Numbered from the stretch's first letter, positions 19,045-27,842 are shown. The stretch is 64,000 nucleotides of DNA from Phycisphaerales bacterium (GCA_003171335.1 PMYD01000101.1:6952-70951); one strand, 5' to 3'. Numbers and translations are program-made. Notes: generated from the sequence alone by a model not told the origin.

Positions 19045-20423
19045 GCCCCGCGCCTGCCCAAATCACCCTGGGCCAGTGGGACGAGCGCTACGCCGCCTTG
19101 CGGGCCGAGGGCCTTCGGGAGCCCTCCTACGGCGGGCCGCTGTCGCGGCATCTGGCCGATGGCGACCGCCGGCTGAGCTGCCTTCGTTTCGACAATTCGC
19201 CGGCGGCGCTGCGGCTGTGGAATTTCCTGCTGAGCGAGGAGGACCGGCTGTTCGCCGCCCGCCGAGAGGGTAAGACCATCATCGGCACGATGAAGGACCT
19301 CGGTACAGTCCCCATTATGGCCTACGCCCTGGAAGACACCGTCGCCTTCTACCCCGACGGCGCCTGGTGGCAGCCCTGCGTGATGGAGCTGAGCGACGGC
19401 CTGCTGGCGCGGGCCGACGCGATGGGGATCGACGAGTCCTTCTGCCCCGTGCGGGCCATGCTGGGGGCCTTTGAAACCGGCGAGCATTTTCCCGCCCCTG
19501 ACCTGCTGACGTGCAGTGTCGGGGCGACCTGCGATGATTTTTCCGCCATCGCGCAGCGGCTTTCCGCCACGGGTTTTCCCATCCTCTGGTGGGAGATTCC
19601 GCCGCGCCGGCCGTGCGACCCGGGCGAAGCGGCCATCCGCCTGCCGGGCGGCCGGCGGGTGTCACGCAGCCAGGTGGCATTCGTGACCGGCCAGATGCAG
19701 CATCTGGCCTGGGCCATCGGCCAAACCTGCGGGAAGCGCCTGCGGCGCCGGCATCTGGCCCAGAGCATTCACCAGGCCAATCGCGTGCGCGGGTTGCTGG
19801 GCGAGCTGCGCGAGGAGGCGTATCGCGCGGCGGCCGCGCCGCTGGGGGCGATGGAGATGCTGGTGGCCGAGATGCTGGCGATCCATTATTGTTCGGATCG
19901 TGACGAAACAGTGGCCGTGCTGGAGGATTTGCTGGCGGAGGTCCGCCGCCGCGTGGCCGCCGGGACAGGCGTTCTGGAGGCCGCCGCCGCGCGGGTGTAC
20001 TGGGTGAACCCCGTGGCCGACCTGCGGGCGATGAACCTGCTGGAAGAGTGCGGCGGCCGCGTGTGTGGCACGGATTACATGTTCGGCCACGCGCTGGCGA
20101 GAATTCCGACGAACGTGCCGCCGCTGGAGGCTTTGGCGCGCATGGCACTGGCCGACCCGATGGTTGGCCCGGCCGGGCAGCGGGCCGAGGATATCTGCGC
20201 CGACATGGCCGCCGCGGGCGCCGAGGCGGCGGTGATCTCGCGCATCCCCGGCGCGAGCCACTGCGCCACTGAGGGAGCGGTCATCGCCGAGGAAATTCGC
20301 GGGCGACTGGCGCTGCCCGTCGTAGAAATCGAAGTGCCGCCGGTGATCGACGCCGTGATGGCCAGCCTGAAGACGCGGCTATCGGCACTGGTGGAGCGGG
20401 TGAAGGAGAGGCGCGAGCGATGA
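19041..20423 (+). CDS. 2-hydroxyacyl-CoA dehydratase / benzoyl-CoA reductase family subunit (HgdB/BcrC-like)
   Basis: The GKTIIGTMKDLGTVP...FCPVRAM family pattern is present. The start overlaps the upstream stop. Confidence 0.75.
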   Translation: MSPAPAQITLGQWDERYAALRAEGLREPSYGGPLSRHLADGDRRLSCLRFDNSPAALRLWNFLLSEEDRLFAARREGKTIIGTMKDLGTVPIMAYALEDTVAFYPDGAWWQPCVMELSDGLLARADAMGIDESFCPVRAMLGAFETGEHFPAPDLLTCSVGATCDDFSAIAQRLSATGFPILWWEIPPRRPCDPGEAAIRLPGGRRVSRSQVAFVTGQMQHLAWAIGQTCGKRLRRRHLAQSIHQANRVRGLLGELREEAYRAAAAPLGAMEMLVAEMLAIHYCSDRDETVAVLEDLLAEVRRRVAAGTGVLEAAAARVYWVNPVADLRAMNLLEECGGRVCGTDYMFGHALARIPTNVPPLEALARMALADPMVGPAGQRAEDICADMAAAGAEAAVISRIPGASHCATEGAVIAEEIRGRLALPVVEIEVPPVIDAVMASLKTRLSALVERVKERRER

Positions 20424-21214
20424 TGTTTGCGGGTGTGGATGCCGGATCGCGGGCGATCAAGATCGTCCTTTTGGGGACGGAGGGCCGCATCGCCGCGCGC
20501 GGCCAGGTCGATCAAGCCGTGCGGCAGGGCGAACTGGCCGAGTCGCTGTACGAGGCGCTGCTGGACGAGGCCGGCGCAGCGCGCAAAGACGTCGCCGGCG
20601 TCGTGGCCACCGGCTATGCCCGCCAGGGCGTGACCTTTGCCACGCGGACGGTGACGGAAATCACCTGCCACGCGCGCGGCGTGCATCACCTGCTGCCTGA
20701 GGCGCGCTGCGTGGTGGAAGTGGGGGGGCAGGACTCCAAGCTGCTGCACCTGGAGGCCGATGGCGCCGTCCGCGATTTTTCCATGAATGATCGTTGCGCC
20801 GCCGGCACCGGCCGCTTTCTGGAGATGCTGGCCGCTCGCCTGGAGGTGCCGCTGGCGGACCTCGGCGCCCTGGCGAGCCAGAGCCAGGCGGCCGCGCCCA
20901 TCAGCAGCATGTGCGTGGTCTTCGCCGAGACGGAGATCATCGGTCTTTTGGCCGCCGGGCGAAGCTGCCCGGACATCGTCGCCGGCGTGCAGTCGGCGAT
21001 TGCCGCACGCGTGGCCGCCATGGCCGGCCGCACGCTGGCCGGCCCGGTCGTCTTTACCGGCGGGGTGGCGCTGGTGGGGGGCATGGCGGGCGCGATGGAG
21101 ACCACGCTCAAGTGTGCCGTGACCATCGCCCCCGACCCCCAGTTCACCGGCGCGCTGGGTGCGGCGATTCTGGCCCGCGCGGCAGCCCGCCGAGCTGAGG
21201 GGGGCAAGCCGTGA
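20420..21214 (+). CDS. CoA-substrate-specific enzyme activase (HgdC/BadF/BcrAD ATPase family)
   Basis: It has the ASKHA-fold activase pattern (MFAGVDAGSRAIKIVLL...CAAGTGRFLE). Confidence 0.85.
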   Translation: MMFAGVDAGSRAIKIVLLGTEGRIAARGQVDQAVRQGELAESLYEALLDEAGAARKDVAGVVATGYARQGVTFATRTVTEITCHARGVHHLLPEARCVVEVGGQDSKLLHLEADGAVRDFSMNDRCAAGTGRFLEMLAARLEVPLADLGALASQSQAAAPISSMCVVFAETEIIGLLAAGRSCPDIVAGVQSAIAARVAAMAGRTLAGPVVFTGGVALVGGMAGAMETTLKCAVTIAPDPQFTGALGAAILARAAARRAEGGKP

Positions 21215-21843
21215 ATCACATCAATGGCGACTCGGCCATCAAGGCCGTGATCTTCGACCTGGGCGGCGTGCTCATTTCCATCCATCACGAGCGGGCGATT
21301 CGCACCTGGTCGCGGTGCTGCGGGGCCAGCGAGCAGGAGATCCTCGACCTCTACCGACGCGACACGCTGTACAAACTCGTGGAAAGCGGGCGGATGCCCA
21401 TCGAGGAGTATCACCGCCACGTGGTTAAGCAGCTCGGGTGCGAAATGTCGCTGGAGGCGTTCGTCGAGGGCTGGAACCTGATGATCGGTGAGCCGCTAGC
21501 CGGCATCGAATCCCTGCTGGACAAGCTCGCCCCGAAGGTTCGGCTGCTGCTCTTAAGCAACACAAATGCCCCGCACGCAGAGGTCTTCCGCACCGCGCTG
21601 GCCGGCTTCCTGGGCCGCTTCGAGCGTCTCTTCTACTCGCACGAGATGGCCACCCGCAAACCCGAGCCGGCCATCTATCGCCAGGTGCTGGAGTACCTGG
21701 AGTTGCCCGGCGCACAGGTGGCTTTTGTCGACGACCGGGCCGAGAACATCGCCGGCGCCGAAGTCGTCGGCATGCGCGGTGTGCTGAGCAAGACGATGGA
21801 CCAGACGGCGGCGGGGTTGGCCGAGTTCGGGCTGGGGGTCTAG
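21211..21843 (+). CDS. HAD-superfamily hydrolase (subfamily IA)
   Basis: HAD motif I reads VIFDLGGVL. The downstream HAD motifs are present and the start overlaps the upstream stop. Confidence 0.8.
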   Translation: MNHINGDSAIKAVIFDLGGVLISIHHERAIRTWSRCCGASEQEILDLYRRDTLYKLVESGRMPIEEYHRHVVKQLGCEMSLEAFVEGWNLMIGEPLAGIESLLDKLAPKVRLLLLSNTNAPHAEVFRTALAGFLGRFERLFYSHEMATRKPEPAIYRQVLEYLELPGAQVAFVDDRAENIAGAEVVGMRGVLSKTMDQTAAGLAEFGLGV

Positions 21844-21864
21844 AAAGCCTGACAAACAAAAACC

Positions 21865-21954
21865 GGGTGCCGTGACTGCGTCGTTTGCAGCCACGCCGAA
21901 TGGGATGATCCCTTCCCAGACGCGTGGTTGCACAAAGACGCAACCACGGCACCC
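21865..21954. repeat. ~90-bp double-hairpin element with GGGTGCCGTG terminal inverted repeats
   Basis: The structure is GGGTGCCGTGACTGCG..GCAGCCACG ... CGTGGTTGCAcaaagacGCAACCACGGCACCC. A homologous element lies at 61457-61546. Confidence 0.7.
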
Positions 21955-22017
21955 GACCTAGAGTCTACAGCTCTCGTCTTCTTGGGGACACACCTTGTGT
22001 CCCGATTATTTGCTCCC

Positions 22018-23352
22018 TCAGCCCTTGGGGGCGGATTGGCTGGCCGCCGGCGCCGCCGCGCCCTTGAATTCATACGCGCCGATATCCCAGCCCTTGCCCT
22101 GCGGGCGGGGCGTGCCTTCGATATCGACCGGCACTTCTTTCAGTTCAATCCCCGCGTCGATGGCGGGCGAGCCGGCCTTGAGGTGGTAGTCCTTCTTGGC
22201 CATATCCACGAACTGCGGGTTGGCGCCGACGCAGTTGTTGCTGACCGTGATGTTCTCGCCCTCGGGCACCGTCATGGCCTCGCCGGTGACGCCGAAGACG
22301 ATGTTGTTGCAGATCCGGTTATTCCGCGTGACGGGCTTGTCGCTCTTGACGCAGAAGATGCCGCTGCGGCCGCCGACGATGGTGTTGTTGGCGATCAGCG
22401 AGTCCTTGGTGATGAGATTGATGTCCGTGTAGTCATCCACCAGCACGTTGTTGCGGATGATGTTGTGCTCGCCGGGCGACCAGAGCAGGATGCCCGAGCC
22501 GCCGGGATGCACCTTCTGGCTGGAGCCGTGGAAGAACATCTTGCCGCAATTGGTGATGACGTTGTTCTCAATCAGCGTGTTGCTGATCGTGTCGGTTTCC
22601 TTCTCGCCCTGCGTGTACAGGTGCATGCCGTACGAGCACTCGTGCACGCGGTTGCCGCGGAAGACCATGTTGTTGCCGCTCATGTACCAGGCGTAGCCGG
22701 AGGGCGGGTAGCCCAGGTCGTAGATGTGGTTTTCGATGAACTCGATGTTGTCGCCATTGCCGGTGAAGCCCAGGCCCAGGATATGGTGCACCGTCAGGTG
22801 GCGGAAGACCAGGTGGCTGTGGCTCTTGTCGTGCTGCGGCGGCATGGCCGGCGGGTTGATGCGCACGCCGTCGCGATATCGCTGGTTGGGATCCTTGGCC
22901 AGCTCGGCGGCGATCTTCTTCCAGGCCTCCACATCGTCGGGTTTGTTCAGATCGAGCTTGCGCCATTCCTCGATCTTGGGGTTGGAGTCGGTCACTTCGA
23001 GGTTCTCGAAGACGAGGTAGCGGCACGTGCCGATCAGGTGAATCGCGTGCATGCCGCCGCCGGGGTAGCGGTCGATCACCACGTGCTCCTTCTCGGGCGC
23101 CTTGATCGTGATGAACTTCTCAGCGGCGCCCTGGAGATTGCGCACCTCAAACGGCGCATAGGTGCCCGCGTGGATGATCAGCGTATCGCCGGGCTTGAGT
23201 TGGCCGATGCCGTGGGCGATTGTGTTGAAGGGTTTATCCTTCGTGCCCGCGTTGTCGTCCGTGCCGGCGGTGGCAACGTGGTACTCCGCCGCCTGTGCGG
23301 CCGCGGCGAAAAGGAGGACCAGAACTGCGATGGGCGCCCACGTTCGCTTCAT
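22018..23352 (-). CDS. Secreted right-handed parallel beta-helix protein (pectate-lyase-like fold)
   Basis: It has a signal peptide (MKRTWAPIAVLVLLFAAAAQA) and repeated NNxI/V beta-helix rungs. Confidence 0.7.
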   Translation of the reverse strand: MKRTWAPIAVLVLLFAAAAQAAEYHVATAGTDDNAGTKDKPFNTIAHGIGQLKPGDTLIIHAGTYAPFEVRNLQGAAEKFITIKAPEKEHVVIDRYPGGGMHAIHLIGTCRYLVFENLEVTDSNPKIEEWRKLDLNKPDDVEAWKKIAAELAKDPNQRYRDGVRINPPAMPPQHDKSHSHLVFRHLTVHHILGLGFTGNGDNIEFIENHIYDLGYPPSGYAWYMSGNNMVFRGNRVHECSYGMHLYTQGEKETDTISNTLIENNVITNCGKMFFHGSSQKVHPGGSGILLWSPGEHNIIRNNVLVDDYTDINLITKDSLIANNTIVGGRSGIFCVKSDKPVTRNNRICNNIVFGVTGEAMTVPEGENITVSNNCVGANPQFVDMAKKDYHLKAGSPAIDAGIELKEVPVDIEGTPRPQGKGWDIGAYEFKGAAAPAASQSAPKG

Positions 23353-23616
23353 GACATTGCTCCTTCGTGCCCCAGGCCCGTAAAGACTTCCGTGTGAACT
23401 GCAAGCTGACACCCTTGTTATAGCCGCCCGCCGGCCGCTCGTCCAGTGCCTGGCGGGGCGGCCCCGGAAGGGGTCTGCATTCCACGTAATTTCTGATTTC
23501 CCAAAATTATCAACACAAAACAACAGGGTGTGTTAAAATACACCCATGCCGCCGGGACGGTAGCCGGCTGCCCTATCCGATACTCGATGTACGATGGACT
23601 GGGAGGCTCCTAGCTC

Positions 23617-23651
23617 GGCGGCCGGACCCCTCGACGGCCGCCCTTTTTTTT
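23617..23651 (+). terminator. Orphan rho-independent terminator
   Basis: It has an 8-bp GC stem (GGCGGCCG...CGGCCGCC) followed by a run of 8 T. There is no plus-strand CDS upstream. Confidence 0.6.
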
Positions 23652-24193
23652 CCTCCGCGAATTTCGGGAGTAGCCACTTGGCTCAATTCACTTCTTGATC
23701 TGTCGCATTCATGGTGGCTGCGATCTCGCTGCGGCATCTCAATCCCTCGGTTTTTTGTGCTTAGGCTCTTTTCCATAAGCACTTAATCGCTGCCAGAGGT
23801 CATCAAAAGGCCTCTTTTCAGGTATAACTTCTTTTAGTGTAATTGCTTAAACGTAACTCCTTTACCAGTAAGGCCGCATGCAAAAGTGCATAATGCTTAA
23901 GATGCATATTGCCCATTTTCACAGATTCGAGAGGCATTTCCTCCGAAAGGCAACTCAAAGCGAAGGATGCTCGAGTAGTTGTTTTGTTCCACTTCAAAAG
24001 TATATCGCCTGAATGGTTCATGGATCGTCTGGATGATTAATATATCCTACAAATCCACAATGTCAAGTAAATTCTTCACAAAACCACACATATTTTTTCG
24101 ACGTCCTGGCGCGAATTCGGCCATGCCAGGGCCGAGTTGGGTCTGGAAGCCACGTTGCGACCGCCGGGGAGACCGAGAAAGATGGCGAACAAA

Positions 24194-24433
24194 GGTTCCT
24201 GACCCCAATGGCCCTAAGATAAGCGTAACCTATTGCCAGACAATTTCTTATGGCACGAATCACGAGAATAATCGTTATCTTGTCCGCGGCAGGCATTCGG
24301 GAATCCAAGGGATTCCTAATGTTCCGTGACGCGGGCATCCGGGTGCCCGTCTCAACCCAACACGAAAAAATATCGTATTCACTTACTATCACAGACGTTG
24401 CGCCTTAACTTAGGGCCATTGGTTCCTGACCCC
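24194..24433. mobile_element. MITE-like insertion with 12-bp terminal inverted repeats (AATGGCCCTAAG / CTTAGGGCCATT) flanked by 13-bp direct repeats (GGTTCCTGACCCC)
   Basis: The repeats can be read directly. The element sits inside a ~1 kb AT-rich non-coding island. Confidence 0.45.
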
Positions 24434-24562
24434 TTTTCCCCTTTTCCCCCCTTTGTTTTCCTTTGTTTTTCTATGGCAGCGGAGGGTACGGCGTCTTCCG
24501 GGGTGCCGCGATCACTTGGATCACAGCACCCCGGAATTGCCCGGGCTCTCAAGGGTCGCGGC

Positions 24563-27424
24563 TTACAGGGCGGGCACCGTAATGGTGCTCGCGTTGATGG
24601 TCACCGAACCGTCTGAGTTTGAACCGCCCAGAAGCCGGCCCTCCACCACGGACCCGGTGTTAACCGTGATCGTCACTGCGGCAAGGATATTGCCCATGAA
24701 GATCGTGGTCGTATCGAGGGTCGCTGAAGTCCCGACCTGCCAGAAGATATTGCCGGCCTTGGCGCCGCCGGCCAGGACCACCTGGGCGCCGGGCCCCGTG
24801 GTGAGTGTGGACCCCATTTTGAAGATGAAGATCGCATTGGGGTCGCCCTGGGCGTCAAGGGTCACGATGTTGCCGGGGCCTGCCCCGGAGATCAATACCG
24901 AGGTCGAGTTCGTGTATAGGCCGGGGGTGAAGGTCAGCCCGCCCATGTTGCCGGGCAGACTTACTGAACTAACTGAACGGCTTACCGCATCGTTATACGC
25001 GGCCAACAGATCGGCCTGGGCCGTTATGATCGCCTGATCATCGACGTGGATGGTCCCGTTGACCTGCGCCGGCGGGATTCCCTGTGCACTTCCCGGGTTC
25101 AGCCCGACATCTCCGTTGATCTGGGTAGGACCAGTGCTAGTGATCGAAGCGGTAGCCATCACCGCGAAGGCGCCGGCCGACCCAAGGTTGATGGTCGCTT
25201 GCTCCATCTGCGTTCCGGTCGTAAATGTCCACACCTTGTCGCTTGCCAGCGGATTGCCGGCCAGGTCCTTTACCCCGCTGATCCCGCCGGCGATCGTAGC
25301 GGTAAATGTGGTGTCGGTGGCGAGATTGCTCGATGGTGTAAAGGTTGCAATCTTGCTTAGTGCATCATAGTTCACCGTCCCCGTCACAGGGGTATTGCCG
25401 GGCCCTGTCACCGTGAAGTTAGCGGTCGTGATGGTCAGCGGGTCCATCGACTCGCTGAAGGTCCCGGCGACCGTCTTATTGATGGCCACGTCGGTTTGGA
25501 GATCGTCGGGGTTGGTGGAGGTCACTGTGGGGGCGGTGGCGTCCGAGGTCGCCCCAGTTGTAAACGTCCAGGTGAAGTTGCTGGCCAGTGGGTTCCCCGC
25601 CAGGTCCTTGGCCCCGGTGGTTACGGTGGCCGTAAACGTGGTGTCGGGCGCGAGGGCGCTTGTGGGCGTGAAGGCCATTGTGGCGCCCACGCAAGTCACA
25701 GTGCCGATAACAGGAACCAGGCCGGGCGCTGTCACCGTCACGCTCGCTGCGGTGATCGTCAGCGGGTCCATGGCTTCGCTGAAGGTCGCCGCGACCTTCT
25801 GGTTCAGAGCGACGTCCGTTGCGTTATCTGCTGGGTCCGTGGAAAGCACTGTGGGGACGGTGGCGTCCGAAGTCGCCCCGGTCATGAAGCTCCAGACGAA
25901 GTTGTCAGCCAGTGGATTCCCAGCCAGGTCCTCGGCGCCGGTGGTGATCGTCACGGTGAAGAGGGTATTGGGCGCGAGGGTGCTTGTGGGCGTGAAGGCC
26001 ATTGTGGCGCCCACGCAAGTCACAGTCCCTATAACAGGAACCAAGCCGGGTCCTGTCACCGTCACGCTCGCTGCGGTGATCGTCAGCGGGTCCATCGCCT
26101 CGCTGAAGATGGCCGCGATCTTCTTATTGCGGGCCACTCCCGTGGCGCCGTTCAGAGGGTCTGTGGAACTCACTGTGGGGGCGGTGATGTCCGTGGTCTC
26201 CCCGGTAGTAAACGTCCAGGTGAAGTTGCTGGCCAAGGCGTTGCCCGCCAAGTCCTCGGCCCCGGTGGTTACGGTGGCCGTAAAGGTGGTGTCGGTCGCA
26301 AGGCTGCTGGTGGGTGTGAACGTGGCTGTGGTGCCGACGTACGTCACCGTGCCTATCACCGGCGTGGACTCCGGCCCGGTCACCGTGAAGCTCGTCGTGG
26401 TGATGGTCAGCGGGTCCATCGGCTCGCTGAAGGTCGCCGCGATCTTCTGGTTCAGAGCGACGTCCGTTGCATTACTTGCTGGGGCCGTGAAACTCACCGT
26501 GGGGGCGGTGGTATCCGGGATCGGGGTGTTCGATTCGAAATTCACGATCCGAAATTGCGAGTTCCTGATGTACGTGCTGGCGTCGAAGTTGAGGAGTGTG
26601 TCGTACCCCCGCCCGCCGTCGAAACGCACTCTATTGGAAAATACAGCGCGGGTGCCGGTCTGGCCGGTCACGCCGAACTGGAGAGTGTCGTCGCCGGCGC
26701 CCAACCAGATCCATACAGGCCCGTAGAACAGGGTGGGCGGGCTTAGGGGGCCGCCGTGGGATCCGATCTGAACGATGTCCGCACCCTGTCCGGTATACAG
26801 TCGCACCGCGCCGTGGAAGATCGAGTTGTCGACCGTGAAGATATCGGACCACCTCCCACCGACGATTTTGGTGTTCCGCTGGACTTCCACCGATCGCAGG
26901 GCGACATTCTCCACGCCAGAGCCAGGCCCGATCCTCAGATCCTTGCCGACCGTGGTATTGGCGATCGTGGTGGTGGTACTATTGTGGATATTAAGACTTC
27001 TCGCGACCTGCACGTTGTTGAGCGTGAGGATATTGGCACCCTTCTGGCCGTCGACCGAAACGTTGCCCGGAAGGCTCAGGCTGCTCATGGTCACGCTGTC
27101 GGCCCCGGCACCCATTCGGATGTCGACGCCGCGCGTTACGCCGCTCAGGATGACCGGATTGGCCTGGTTGTTGATGGCTGTGCCGCTGGCCCCGGAGATG
27201 CGCACCTGGTCGGCGTTCAGCCCGCTTTGATCCAGGACAATGACGTTCGCCGCGGCGTCACCCCGGATATTCAGGTTTCCATGCATTACCGAAGCAAGCA
27301 CGGTCCCGGATAGCAATACCCGGGGCTCGAGGGCTTCAATGGACGGACACGCCGGAGCCTTCTCGCGTTCGATGTCATGCTTTGAAGATATGCTTCGCCC
27401 CAGATGTCGCAGTGCGCGTTTCAT
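24563..27424 (-). CDS. Large secreted adhesin-like protein: N-terminal beta-helix region, 5-6 tandem Ig-like (Big_5/SbsA-like) domains and a C-terminal ice-binding-like (DUF3494) domain
   Basis: The signal peptide is MKRALRHLG... The ~100-aa repeats read TAPTV..TDP..ATDVA.N..I...FSE.MDP.TIT. The C-terminus reads INLGSAGAFAVMA...NGDVGLNPG. The full ORF extends to 27493 from a TTG start. Confidence 0.8.
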   Translation of the reverse strand: MKRALRHLGRSISSKHDIEREKAPACPSIEALEPRVLLSGTVLASVMHGNLNIRGDAAANVIVLDQSGLNADQVRISGASGTAINNQANPVILSGVTRGVDIRMGAGADSVTMSSLSLPGNVSVDGQKGANILTLNNVQVARSLNIHNSTTTTIANTTVGKDLRIGPGSGVENVALRSVEVQRNTKIVGGRWSDIFTVDNSIFHGAVRLYTGQGADIVQIGSHGGPLSPPTLFYGPVWIWLGAGDDTLQFGVTGQTGTRAVFSNRVRFDGGRGYDTLLNFDASTYIRNSQFRIVNFESNTPIPDTTAPTVSFTAPASNATDVALNQKIAATFSEPMDPLTITTTSFTVTGPESTPVIGTVTYVGTTATFTPTSSLATDTTFTATVTTGAEDLAGNALASNFTWTFTTGETTDITAPTVSSTDPLNGATGVARNKKIAAIFSEAMDPLTITAASVTVTGPGLVPVIGTVTCVGATMAFTPTSTLAPNTLFTVTITTGAEDLAGNPLADNFVWSFMTGATSDATVPTVLSTDPADNATDVALNQKVAATFSEAMDPLTITAASVTVTAPGLVPVIGTVTCVGATMAFTPTSALAPDTTFTATVTTGAKDLAGNPLASNFTWTFTTGATSDATAPTVTSTNPDDLQTDVAINKTVAGTFSESMDPLTITTANFTVTGPGNTPVTGTVNYDALSKIATFTPSSNLATDTTFTATIAGGISGVKDLAGNPLASDKVWTFTTGTQMEQATINLGSAGAFAVMATASITSTGPTQINGDVGLNPGSAQGIPPAQVNGTIHVDDQAIITAQADLLAAYNDAVSRSVSSVSLPGNMGGLTFTPGLYTNSTSVLISGAGPGNIVTLDAQGDPNAIFIFKMGSTLTTGPGAQVVLAGGAKAGNIFWQVGTSATLDTTTIFMGNILAAVTITVNTGSVVEGRLLGGSNSDGSVTINASTITVPAL

Positions 27425-27496
27425 GGGAAACTCCTTTAAAAGGTTATAAGGAACAACACTTTGGGCTTCCCCACGAACGGTGGGCGCGCCCAAAGT

Positions 27497-27672
27497 AGTT
27501 AGTTTCGGCTCGCCTCAAACGCTTCGGGGCTGACGTAGTCTAGCGAACTGTGCAACCGTTGGCGATTGTAAAAGACCTCGATGTGCTCAAAAATCGAGGG
27601 GAGTTCGAGGGACACCATACTTATCTCTTGACGCGTGGAGCGTGCGCGAATAACTTTCCAGCATGCCAGGCT
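27497..27672 (-). pseudogene. Remnant of an IS3-family transposase OrfB C-terminus
   Basis: The minus-strand translation reads ...[30 protein letters not shown], the canonical rve-domain C-terminal motif. The frame is interrupted upstream. Confidence 0.55.
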
Positions 27673-27806
27673 TCATGCCGGCTGCGGCTTTGCCATGCTT
27701 CGTCGGCATGCATCGGCGATGCGACTGGCATCGCCTGCTTCGGCCTCCCTGCCTGGCTTGTCCTCGCTCGGCCTGAATCGCTACATTCGCGCTGAAGAAG
27801 GCTAAG

Positions 27807-27842
27807 TGTTACAGTCTCTGCAAAGTGACGACGAGTGTAACA
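27807..27842. promoter_or_regulatory. Inverted repeat AAGTGTTACA-N16-TGTAACACTT upstream of the MerR gene promoter
   Basis: The inverted repeat can be read directly. A TTGACA -35 lies at ~27889 and an A/T-rich -10 at ~27912. Confidence 0.4.

Noticed and set aside
24192-24220. GGTTCCTGACCCC as a possible tRNA T-arm or tRNA fragment
   Set aside because: No acceptor, D or anticodon stems can be built around it. It is better explained as a direct repeat flanking a MITE-like element.
25395-26746. Long plus-strand ORFs (443 and 416 aa) with internal repeats
   Set aside because: They are antisense to the Ig-like repeat region of the adhesin gene. The repeat structure is inherited from the coding strand.
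27550-27795. An 81-aa plus-strand ORF in the adhesin upstream region
   Set aside because: It has no RBS or family signal. The opposite strand carries a recognisable IS3 transposase remnant instead.
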